Shown piece by piece: positions 1-8,155 of a stretch of 55,153 bases of DNA. Position numbers and translations under genes: made by a program. Numbering within the stretch: the first letter of the stretch is position 1; each line of letters opens with the position of its first letter. This DNA is from a virus: the IMG/VR virus record IMGVR_UViG_3300028833_002847. The stretch is one strand, 5' to 3'. The notes under the pieces are model-generated. The model searched no databases, was not told the DNA's origin, and worked only from the letters and a program-made list of their open reading frames with translations.

Positions 1-350
1 CTACTGGACAAGAAAGAGTGAGAATTCAGGCGCAATTTGATGCTTTCTGTAATGGAGGATCAATACTCCATTATAATATTGATGCACCTTTTACAAGTTA
101 CGAAAAAGCTTTATATATGACTAATTATATTGCTCAAAAAGGTGTTACATATTTTGCATTTAATACTCGAATTTCTACATGTAAAGATAATCATGCATTT
201 TATGGCAACGGGCCTTGTCCAGTATGTGGTAAACCAAAAGACGCAGAATTTACTAGAATTGTCGGTTTCTACACAAAAATTAACAGTTGGAGCCAGACTC
301 GCAAAGATGAATTTAAACTTCGTAAATGGGATAACATCAATGATAATTAA
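1..350 (+). CDS. nrdD: anaerobic ribonucleoside-triphosphate reductase NrdD, C-terminal fragment; the start lies upstream of the window
   Basis: Frame-0 ORF ending TAA 348-350. Tail CPVCGKP...TRIVGFYTKINSWSQTRKDEF matches the class III RNR C-terminal Zn-ribbon (CxxC) and the glycyl-radical loop (RVxGY-like). Trp is encoded by TGG only. Confidence 0.75.
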   Translation, partial: TGQERVRIQAQFDAFCNGGSILHYNIDAPFTSYEKALYMTNYIAQKGVTYFAFNTRISTCKDNHAFYGNGPCPVCGKPKDAEFTRIVGFYTKINSWSQTRKDEFKLRKWDNINDN

Positions 351-804
351 AGGTATTATTTCTGAAGATTTTATTAATTATAAAAAACCTTGTATGGTTA
401 TAGAATTTCCAGTTTGTAAAAACTTTAAATGCGGGCAAGCCCTATGTCAAAACAATCCATTAATAAAATATCCAGATATAGAAATTAGTTATTCTCAAAT
501 TGTTAAAAAATACATGGAAAATGATATTACACAAGCTATTGTTTTTATGGGGCTAGAACCTTTTGATAGTCCGCATGATTTATTTCTTTTAATTGAAGAA
601 TTTAGAAAATATACAATGGATGATATTGTAATTTACACTGGATATTACTGGAATGAAATTTCTACATATGTAGCTATGCTAGTGGATTATAAAAATATTA
701 TTATTAAATACGGTAGATACATTCCCAATCAAACTCCACACTATGATGAAGTTTTAGGCGTAAAATTGGTAAGTGATAATCAATATGCTGCAAAGATCAG
801 TTAG
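307..804 (+). CDS. nrdG: NrdG-like anaerobic RNR activating protein (small radical-SAM activase). Start is ATG 307 or ATG 340. It overlaps the nrdD end.
   Basis: Position immediately after nrdD. Cys cluster VCKNFKCGQALCQNNP. GLEPFDSP resembles the GGEP motif. Cys spacing is Cx4Cx4C, not canonical CxxxCxxC, so the call is tentative. Confidence 0.45.
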   Translation: MNLNFVNGITSMIIKGIISEDFINYKKPCMVIEFPVCKNFKCGQALCQNNPLIKYPDIEISYSQIVKKYMENDITQAIVFMGLEPFDSPHDLFLLIEEFRKYTMDDIVIYTGYYWNEISTYVAMLVDYKNIIIKYGRYIPNQTPHYDEVLGVKLVSDNQYAAKIS

Positions 805-812
805 GAATAAAT

Positions 813-1055
813 ATGTATTATAATAATTATTTTAACAACAACAATAATACTACTATTTTAATTATAATTATAGCTTGTACTCTTATAGTTGGTTTAAGTT
901 TTCTTTTATTTGCTTTTGGCTATTGGCTAATAACTTTAATAGCTGCTCAAATTTTTAATTTTATAATTCCATTTGAATGGACATATGCTTTAGGAGCTTA
1001 TGCAATATTAATAATTATTAGATTATTTATGTTACCAAGTGGTCAATCTAAATAA
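813..1055 (+). CDS. small hydrophobic membrane protein (2 predicted TM helices), unknown function
   Basis: 80-aa ORF. Asn-rich N-terminus followed by two long hydrophobic stretches. Sits just before a terminator. Confidence 0.5.
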   Translation: MYYNNYFNNNNNTTILIIIIACTLIVGLSFLLFAFGYWLITLIAAQIFNFIIPFEWTYALGAYAILIIIRLFMLPSGQSK

Positions 1056-1060
1056 AAAAT

Positions 1061-1108
1061 GCCTCAACAAAAGAATAAAAAATTCTAATGTTGAGGCTTA
1101 TTTTTTTT
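1061..1108 (+). terminator. intrinsic terminator after the first early operon
   Basis: Inverted repeat gcctcaaca ... tgttgaggc followed by a T8 run. The loop is large (about 19 nt). Confidence 0.5.
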
Positions 1109-1136
1109 GACATTTTATTTAATAATATAGTATAAT
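1107..1136 (+). promoter_or_regulatory. sigma-70/sigma-A type promoter (TTGACA-N18-TATAAT)
   Basis: Exact TTGACA at 1107-1112 and TATAAT at 1131-1136. Located about 25 nt upstream of the strong RBS AAAGGAG for the ORF starting at 1160. Confidence 0.6.
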
Positions 1137-1159
1137 ATAATAAAACGAAAGGAGATTAT

Positions 1160-1558
1160 ATGGGAGATGTTTCTTTAGGTACTGTATATGATATTAATAA
1201 AACTGTATATAGTAATCAATCAGAAAAAATGCCAGAAGCTTTAGTTCAATCCATGTTAAAAAAAGTTTCAAGCTGGTTTAAAACTAAAGCTCTTTGTGAA
1301 GCACAATATTATATGTTTCTTTGTCGTGACCGTAATGATTATACAATTTTTAATTTTATAAAAAATAATCCAGAAAAAGGAATCAAAGAATTAATTGAAT
1401 TAATTCAATCTCGTGGAATTCTTAAAGATATTGTCTATAATGAAAAATATAATTATTATGAATTTTGGATTAGTATAGATACAGAAGGATTTAGACCAGA
1501 AATGTATATGTATATTCTTTTTCCATGTAATGAATTTGTAATCGAGATTGGAGATTAA
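1160..1558 (+). CDS. hypothetical protein
   Basis: 132-aa ORF with a strong RBS (aaaggagattatATG). No in-frame TGA. No recognisable motifs. Confidence 0.6.
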   Translation: MGDVSLGTVYDINKTVYSNQSEKMPEALVQSMLKKVSSWFKTKALCEAQYYMFLCRDRNDYTIFNFIKNNPEKGIKELIELIQSRGILKDIVYNEKYNYYEFWISIDTEGFRPEMYMYILFPCNEFVIEIGD

Positions 1559-1560
1559 AT

Positions 1561-1821
1561 ATGGATATGATGATTGCTGCTCGTCCCGCAGCTAATATTA
1601 CAATTATGATTACGCAAGAAACTCCAGAATATGATGCTCAAATGGTAGCTTCTCAAACTGTTTTTGAAAAAGATTTGGAAAAAACAATTAGAAAATATTT
1701 AAATGATTATAAAATCGAAACAATGTCTATATACGGTCCTTTAGATTATATTGAACATTTAGCTGATACTCTTGGTAAAACTTTTAATCGTGAAATTACT
1801 ATAATTGGAGCTGGTGTATAA
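1561..1821 (+). CDS. hypothetical protein
   Basis: 86-aa ORF, tightly packed after the previous gene. GGAG-type RBS. Confidence 0.5.
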   Translation: MDMMIAARPAANITIMITQETPEYDAQMVASQTVFEKDLEKTIRKYLNDYKIETMSIYGPLDYIEHLADTLGKTFNREITIIGAGV

Positions 1822-2102
1822 TGATTAAATATCTTCTTAAAACAACTGAAGAATATCGTCTTGAAACTGTAGAAGATGTAAAAACTTTTCATAAAAAACT
1901 TCAACAAGATGCTATAAATCAAGGATATACGCTAAGCTCTTTTGGATATACACAAAAGTCAACAACTGCTCGTGGAGAAATTATTGATGAATGGTGTGTT
2001 GTAAAAGTTATAAAAATATTCCAAAAAGATAAAGAACCAGAAAATGCACTTAATAAAATTACTTATGAAACTTTTAATAGAGAGGAGTTTAATGGAGATT
2101 AA
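1821..2102 (+). CDS. hypothetical protein
   Basis: 93-aa ORF. ATG overlaps the previous stop (TAATG). Confidence 0.5.
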   Translation: MIKYLLKTTEEYRLETVEDVKTFHKKLQQDAINQGYTLSSFGYTQKSTTARGEIIDEWCVVKVIKIFQKDKEPENALNKITYETFNREEFNGD

Positions 2103-2514
2103 AATAAAATATGAACATGATGATGTCCCTCGATTAAATAAAATTGTTCAAGGAGATTGAATTGATTTAACTTTAGATGAAGATATTCAATTAGATAAAG
2201 GGCAATCAGGACTATTTTCTTTAGGAGTGTGTATTCAATTACCAAAAGGATATGAAGCAATTTTAGCTCCAAGAAGTTCAACATTTAAACGTTATCATTT
2301 ACTTCAAACCAACTCAATTGGTGTTATTGATAATTCTTATTGTGGAAATAATGATATCTGGAAAGTTAGTTTTTATGCCACCGAAACTACTTTTGTTCCA
2401 AGAGGAACAAGAATTTGTCAATTTAGAATAATTAAAAATCAACCTGAAATTAATTTTATAGAAGTTTCATCCCTTAATAATCAAGATAGAAATGGTTTTG
2501 GTTCAACAGGATAA
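2092..2514 (+). CDS. dut: dUTP diphosphatase (trimeric dUTPase), Bacillus YncF/YosS-like
   Basis: RBS GAGGAG. Motifs QGDWIDL (the W is TGA at 2158-2160), APRSS, GVIDNSYCGNND, RICQFRII and GFGSTG at the C-terminus. MEIKIKYE...QGDWIDL closely resembles B. subtilis prophage dUTPases. Confidence 0.85.
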
Positions 2515-2993
2515 TGATTTTATCTTTAGATCAAGCATTAGTCACAACAGGTTGAGCAATTTTTGATGAAAATAAATTAATAGCTTATGACAGTTTTACT
2601 ATAAATGGAAAAGATTCTATTGAAAAAAGATTAGGATTTATTTTTCAAAGATTAATAGAATTATATAATAAATATGAGTTTGATTATTTAGTATTTGAAG
2701 ATATTCAACAGCAACAAAATCCAAGTACATATAAAAAACTTGCATATGTTCAAGCGATTATTTTACTTTGATGTTTTTATAATCAAATTAATTTTACAGT
2801 ATTAAGTCCTTCTCAATGAAGAAAAATATTAGGTGGAAATTTTGGAAGAAAAAGAGAAGAACAAAAACAAAAAGCTATTAATTTAGTAAAACAATATTAT
2901 AATATAAATGTTGATTCAGATATTGCGGATGCAATATGTATTGGAAAAGCCTATTTAGATAGTCATAAACAATTAGGATTCGGGGTGATTTAA
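2514..2993 (+). CDS. phage RuvC-like Holliday junction resolvase
   Basis: Start overlaps the dut stop (TAATG). N-terminus ILSLDQALVTTGWAIFDE is RuvC-fold motif I. Acidic FEDIQ and C-terminal DSDIADAICIG catalytic motifs are present. Three in-frame TGA are read as Trp. Confidence 0.75.
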
Positions 2994-2994
2994 A

Positions 2995-3930
2995 TTGTCT
3001 CTTTTTATTGTGGCAATTATTATAGCATTAGTCCTATTATTCTTTGCAGGCTATTGTAGAAAAACTAAAGATAATAAATATGATAATTATTCAAAAGCTA
3101 CAGGACCTCTTATTATAGCAGCAATTATAGTAGCTTTAACAGGTACATTTTTATCTTGCGTTTATACTCAAGATGTAGGTGAAGTTGTTATTCTTCGTAA
3201 TCTTGGAGGTCAATTAGCTGGAACAACTGAAGAAGCAGGTTTTCATTTTAAAGCTCCTTGGCAAGATACTATTGATTATGATATTCGTAACAATATTATT
3301 AATCTTTATCGAGATGATGAATATTCCTATGATAATGGAACAGCTCATGGAGCAGAAGTAACAGTTTATGATAAATCAGGCGCTCAAGCAAATGTAGATG
3401 TTCAAGTAATTTATTCCTTAGACCCAGATGCAGCAATTGATCTTTATACTAAATACCAAGAACAAGAAAACTTTATTCAAATTTCCGCAGTAAATAATGT
3501 GCGGGATGCTGCAAGAAATGTATCAGGACAATTTACTACAATTGAAATGTTAAATGCTCGTGAAAACTATGCTAAAGCAATTTATGATAAACTTTCAGCA
3601 GATTGGGATAAAATAGGATTACATGTCGAAGAGGTCAACGTACAGGACATCAGATACAATCAGGAAATTGTTGATGCTTATAATGCTGCTCAAAAAACAG
3701 AAATTTCCAAAGTTGAAGCATTAAATCAACAAGAAACCGAAAAAGTTAAAATGGATACTGAAGTCATGAAAGCTCAAAAAGAAGCAGAAGCTAATAAAAT
3801 TAGAAGTGATTCTCTAACTCCTGAAATTCTTCAACAAGAATATATTGAAGCTCTTAAAAATGGTAACGCTATTTATGTAGTTCCTGAAGGTTCTACTCCA
3901 ATAGTCAATCTAGATAAGAAAGCAGAATAA
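2995..3930 (+). CDS. SPFH/band-7 (HflC/K, prohibitin-like) membrane protein
   Basis: TTG start with SD GGGGTGAT. N-terminal TM helix. Then VVILRNLGGQL...FHFKAPWQDTIDYDIR...VQVIYSL typical of the SPFH domain. Coiled-coil, Ala/Glu/Lys-rich C-terminus. No TGA. Confidence 0.7.
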   Translation: MSLFIVAIIIALVLLFFAGYCRKTKDNKYDNYSKATGPLIIAAIIVALTGTFLSCVYTQDVGEVVILRNLGGQLAGTTEEAGFHFKAPWQDTIDYDIRNNIINLYRDDEYSYDNGTAHGAEVTVYDKSGAQANVDVQVIYSLDPDAAIDLYTKYQEQENFIQISAVNNVRDAARNVSGQFTTIEMLNARENYAKAIYDKLSADWDKIGLHVEEVNVQDIRYNQEIVDAYNAAQKTEISKVEALNQQETEKVKMDTEVMKAQKEAEANKIRSDSLTPEILQQEYIEALKNGNAIYVVPEGSTPIVNLDKKAE

Positions 3931-3932
3931 AA

Positions 3933-4640
3933 TTGAAATTTTTAAATATTCTTTTTATTGCAATTCTAAGTTTAAGTATTTTAGGATGTAATAAACCACA
4001 AACCCAAGAGAAGAAAGATGAAGAAGTAATAACTGTGCGGGACGAGGAAGCACCTCGTGATGGAAGTCAAGCCGGTTCTAATGCAGTCGATATCCCGCAC
4101 TTCCTCGCCACTTTAGATAATGAAAGATTTACTTATTCTTATTCACCTATTGGATATGATAATATTGATATTGAAATGACTAAAGATTTAAATTGTATTC
4201 AACAAATTACAAATTGTTTTGGATATAAGTTTGATATACAAAAATTTTATGATGATTATTTTGATAGCATGAATCTTCATACTGATGTAACTCCAGTTCA
4301 AGGAAGTTTTGGACCTTCTGGATGTGTAGAATTTACAAAAACATATTATTCAGATAATGATATTCCAATAAGTGTAGAAGAAATTTCTGGTATTGATTTT
4401 GAAACTTTTACAAATATTGTTAATCATAATTGGCCTATTATGGTATGGTATACATTAGATGATAGTCAATTTGGTGGAGAAATACAATATTGGCCTTTCT
4501 ATTATCCAATGATTGCTACTAAAGTAGATGAAGAAAATGTTTATTTGTTTGATGCAATTAATGGTGAAAAAGTAGAATCTATTTCTGAATTTCAAAGAAT
4601 TTGGGAGAAATGCGGAAATTATTGTTTAGTTTTCTTTTAA
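3933..4640 (+). CDS. lipoprotein (signal peptide with lipobox LGC), unknown function
   Basis: N-terminus MKFLNILFIAILSLSILGCNKPQ has a SPase II lipobox. Last gene of the plus-strand operon. Trp is encoded by TGG only. Confidence 0.65.
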   Translation: MKFLNILFIAILSLSILGCNKPQTQEKKDEEVITVRDEEAPRDGSQAGSNAVDIPHFLATLDNERFTYSYSPIGYDNIDIEMTKDLNCIQQITNCFGYKFDIQKFYDDYFDSMNLHTDVTPVQGSFGPSGCVEFTKTYYSDNDIPISVEEISGIDFETFTNIVNHNWPIMVWYTLDDSQFGGEIQYWPFYYPMIATKVDEENVYLFDAINGEKVESISEFQRIWEKCGNYCLVFF

Positions 4641-4650
4641 AAATAGACAT

Positions 4651-4692
4651 AAAAAAAGAGGGGTACTCAATTAAGAGTACCCCTTATTTTTT
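4651..4692. terminator. bidirectional intrinsic terminator at the convergence of the plus-strand early operon and the minus-strand late module
   Basis: A7 run, then a 10-bp stem gaggggtactc/gagtacccct with loop aattaa, then a T8 run. U-runs on both strands. Confidence 0.75.
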
Positions 4693-6251
4693 TACCATTT
4701 ATTATCATTTAAAGAGCATTGTAAGGCTTTAACAGATTCTCTACCAAAATATCCATCTACATCAATATCGTAACCTTTATTAACTAACCATTGCTGGAGA
4801 GCTCTTGAGGTCCCAGGGCCTCATTGACCATCAACTTCCGCACCAACTTTACTTTGAATAGCTTCAACTAATTGAGAACCAGTTCCGCTATCATATTCAA
4901 CATTATACATTCCTCAATGGTAATCTTTATTTCCAAGCCATTGACCGCTAATAACACCATCTTCATAAGTACCTAATGTGTGCTGTAAATCAATAATAGT
5001 ATTTCATCCACCAATACCATCAATTTCAAGTTTTCCACCATCGCGATTATTTTTTGGATCAGTTGAAACATCTGGTGTGAAATTTCCACTATCAGAATTA
5101 CTATAATGAGGTCTAATAACATAGGCTACGTTACCCATATTACGATATTTTTCTTGTACGGCATTACCAACATTACCTTCAATTGTTGGGAATCCAGAGC
5201 CATCAAAACTTCCTGTTGCAAATCCAATATGGTCAGTAGCTCCATCTCAATCCCAATTAAAGATAACAATGTCTCCATACTGTACATTATATTTATCTAC
5301 AGCATAATTTTTTGCGCCATTATTTAGAGCTAAATCTGTATTATAAGTTGGGAAACCTTTAACTACAACTCCTGCTTGTTCTAAGCATCAACTTACAAAC
5401 ATGCAGCACCATCAAATTTCAACAGAAGGTCCAGCAAGCCAATCTTCATCTCACTTATCAGCCAATCAACGACCATATTTAGAACCTGGTTCAGGATCAT
5501 TAGGAGCATAATATCCTAATTCACCATAAGCAACGTCAATAACACTTTTAGCTGTTCCACTCATTTGTTTACTTTCTTCTTCTTTTTTTTCCTCTATTGG
5601 TTCATCAGTTTGAATAGTTTGTCCAGCAGCTATTCTTGCGGGATAGTCGATACAACACCAATCGCAATCGTGATAACCACTAACATCATCAAATACTATA
5701 TGACCATCAGATAATCTAATTCCGCCTTGCTGTCACATTCCAATATCTCCAGCTTCAGTTGGTCAAGAAGCTTTTCATCAAGCAATTCAATTAGCATAGT
5801 CACGAAGTTCATCTGCATACATATTGTTTAATCATGCATTTCCACCAGTATAAAGTCCTGCATAATATCCTCTATTACGGAGAGTATCGCAAAAAACTTT
5901 AATAACATCAGTTAAAGTACGTGCTGATAACTGGAATTGTCTTGGATCTTCAACATCTGTGTAACAAGGTAAATCAAATTTATGTCCATCAAGTAAATCT
6001 GCAAAGTGATTAGCATCTTTTCTTGAATTTTCTGTATCTGTAGTAACTGTATAATAATATGCTCCAATATGAAGTCCAGCAGCTACAGCTTTTTTATAAT
6101 TATTTTCAAATTGTCCGTCTTTATAACGTCCTAAATTTGTTTCATTTCCACCAGCTTTAATAATAACGCCTCAAAGTCCTCTCTGACGTTTTCAAGCTGC
6201 TAAATCAATATCCCCATCTCAATGAGAGATATCAAGAACAAGTTCTTTCAT
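4692..6251 (-). CDS. endolysin: N-terminal GH25 muramidase, central CHAP/NlpC-P60-like amidase/peptidase, C-terminal PG_binding_1 peptidoglycan-binding repeats (table 4, about 519 aa)
   Basis: SD AGAGGTG. N-terminus LDISHWDGDIDLAAWKR...VIIKAGG. GH25 motifs ANWIAWW and GMWQQGG with the conserved Trp encoded by TGA. Cys/His core ...WWCCMFVSWCLEQAGV...DHIGFATG. C-terminus QWGPGTSRALQQWLVNKGYDIDVDGYFGRESVKALQ. Confidence 0.8.
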
Positions 6252-6280
6252 TTTCCGCACCTCTTTTCTATATAAAAAAA

Positions 6281-6312
6281 GAGTCCCATATTTCAGGGAC
6301 TCTTTTTATTTT
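6281..6312 (-). terminator. intrinsic terminator between the holin and the endolysin
   Basis: Stem gagtccc/gggactc with an 8-nt loop. Followed on the minus-strand transcript by a U7 run immediately downstream of the holin stop. Confidence 0.55.
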
Positions 6313-6601
6313 ATTCTTTTAGATGAGCAGGCTGCTTTTTTAATTCATGCATTAGTATGTCTGCTTGAAGAGCGGGTTGAGTAAAACTGTTATTCTTCCA
6401 TCAAGCGATAATAGAAGCTACAACAACAGCAACACCTGAAGCAATTTCATAAATATTGTTTTCATCAATATCAATAGGAGTTCACCCAAGTAAAGCGCAA
6501 AAAGCATTAACTAATGCAATAAATAGAACAATGGTTCTAGCAATAGTCCCAGGTTCAATTGAAAGCAATCCGTCTAAATTAATTGTTTTTGCTTCAGCCA
6601 T
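6311..6601 (-). CDS. holin (LL-H / phi-LC3-like class, about 95 aa)
   Basis: SD AAGGTG. Charged N-terminus. Two hydrophobic helices (IARTIVLFIALVNAFCALLGW and ASGVAVVVASIIAWW). Polar C-terminal tail. Directly upstream of the endolysin. Confidence 0.65.
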
Positions 6602-6627
6602 TTAAAACACCTTCTTTAATTAATTAA

Positions 6628-7428
6628 TTATTCTCCAGTTCCGCTTCCACCAGCGACGAGTGCATCAATCTCTGCATTAGTAGCAAATGTAATATCTGCA
6701 TCTAAGACATATGGAGAAAGATCAACGAAGCCAGGAAGTACATCAAATTTATAAGCAGGAGACTGACCAGTTGTGTCAGTATCAACAACAACTACATTGG
6801 TTCCAGCAGGATAAGTCTTAGTTACTCCACTAGCATATTCAACGAAGTCACTAGTAATAGTAAAGGAGTCAGTAACATTATAAACGTTACCAAGAACACC
6901 AACAGCTAGAGTTGGTAGACTTGCAAATGCTACAGAACCAGCAGGCTTATAAACAGTAGCAATCTGAGCAGCTACAGTGTCATCAACATAAGTTTTAACA
7001 GCTGCGCCTGTTGGAAGTTTAGCATCATTAGCAAGTGTAGTCTCAACGTCTTTATAAGCAGCAGCGTCAAGACCATGAACGGCTACATCTGAACCATTAA
7101 CAGCAACAGTACCATTTGTAGCACCTTCGGCAACTGTAACATTAACTTTCTTGGTTGTGCTATCAGGAGTTAAATCTGTAGCATTAACTTGGACACCAAG
7201 AACTGGAATTGTTACGTCAACCTTTTTGTTAGCATCAGGAGTTAAGTCAGTACCATTATATTGAACACCAAGAATTGGAACTTCAACATCAACAGCACCA
7301 TCAGCATCCTGTGTTAGAGCTGTACCATTACACTTAACAGTTTTTACTGCACCAGCAGGAGCAAATGTTTCTGTAGCTTTCTGCCATAAACGTTGAATAC
7401 CAGCCCAATCAACGAGTTTCATCGCCAT
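6628..7428 (-). CDS. Ala/Val/Thr/Gly-rich repeat protein, probably a virion structural or decoration protein
   Basis: SD AAGGGTGA. Internal repeats VDVxVPILGVQxNxTDLTPDxxKKV. No TGA. Noticeably GC-richer than its surroundings. Confidence 0.45.
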   Translation of the reverse strand: MAMKLVDWAGIQRLWQKATETFAPAGAVKTVKCNGTALTQDADGAVDVEVPILGVQYNGTDLTPDANKKVDVTIPVLGVQVNATDLTPDSTTKKVNVTVAEGATNGTVAVNGSDVAVHGLDAAAYKDVETTLANDAKLPTGAAVKTYVDDTVAAQIATVYKPAGSVAFASLPTLAVGVLGNVYNVTDSFTITSDFVEYASGVTKTYPAGTNVVVVDTDTTGQSPAYKFDVLPGFVDLSPYVLDADITFATNAEIDALVAGGSGTGE

Positions 7429-7445
7429 ATAATCACCCTTTCTTT

Positions 7446-8078
7446 CTAATTACCTTGTATAATTTCTTCTATTTCATCATCTGTAACAGCTCTAAATCCA
7501 AAGTCCTCTAATGTTTGATTCCCTGTAAGTTCAACTCCATTAATAGAAGGTTTGTTTGTAACATAAAGATAATCTGTTACACCTTCGAGTTCAACTTCTT
7601 CTAATCATTTTGTAATATCTTCTACACTTTGATTCATAACTATTGCAGCTTGTGAAAACAAATTATAATCATCAGAAGCAATAAATTTATCTAAGTCTAT
7701 TGGGTCTGCGGAAATAGTAACTTGAAAATCATCTGTTCCAATTAAACTATTATTATCAACTTTTTCAATTTTACAAATAATATGTCCTTCTTGAATCATT
7801 TTTGATGGTCAAGCTATTTCTCAGACTGGATTAATTTTTAAAGTTTTATCTCCAACTTCAATACAATTAAATACATTATAGCCTTGAATATCTAATTCTT
7901 GATGATGCCATTTTAAATAAATTTTAGTAGAAGAAGTAAAAACAGAAGCAGCTTCTTGAGAAAAAATTACTTTTAATTTTTTTCCATTAATATCATTGCC
8001 ACTAAATATCATATCTTCTATTGGTTGATAAAAAGATTTTATTTCTAAAATACAAGAAGTTAATGATAACATATTCAC
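7446..8078 (-). CDS. hypothetical protein (about 210 aa; fragments 7821-8078 and 7605-7799 joined across TGA; real stop TAG at 7446-7448)
   Basis: Fragments share a frame and were joined manually across two TGA codons. RBS AGGAAGAGGTG. The start may be GTG 8078 or ATG 8072. Confidence 0.5.
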
Positions 8079-8100
8079 CTCTTCCTTTAATCAATTCTCA

Positions 8101-8148
8101 CTAAAATTATTATAAAATAGGGCATCTTACTTTTTGTAAAATGCCCTA
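8101..8148 (-). terminator. intrinsic terminator after the giant LRR gene
   Basis: Stem tagggcat/atgcccta with a U-rich tail on the minus-strand transcript. Confidence 0.5.
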
Positions 8149-8155
8149 AATTTTA

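Noticed and set aside
2092-2514. Code 25 (TGA to Gly) suggested by the dUTPase motif position ...GD-TGA-IDL aligning near the AG(Y/L)DL glycine
   Set aside because: GDWIDL is the known motif of Bacillus prophage-type dUTPases. TGA also falls on invariant Trp positions in GH25 (LWIA, MWQQ).
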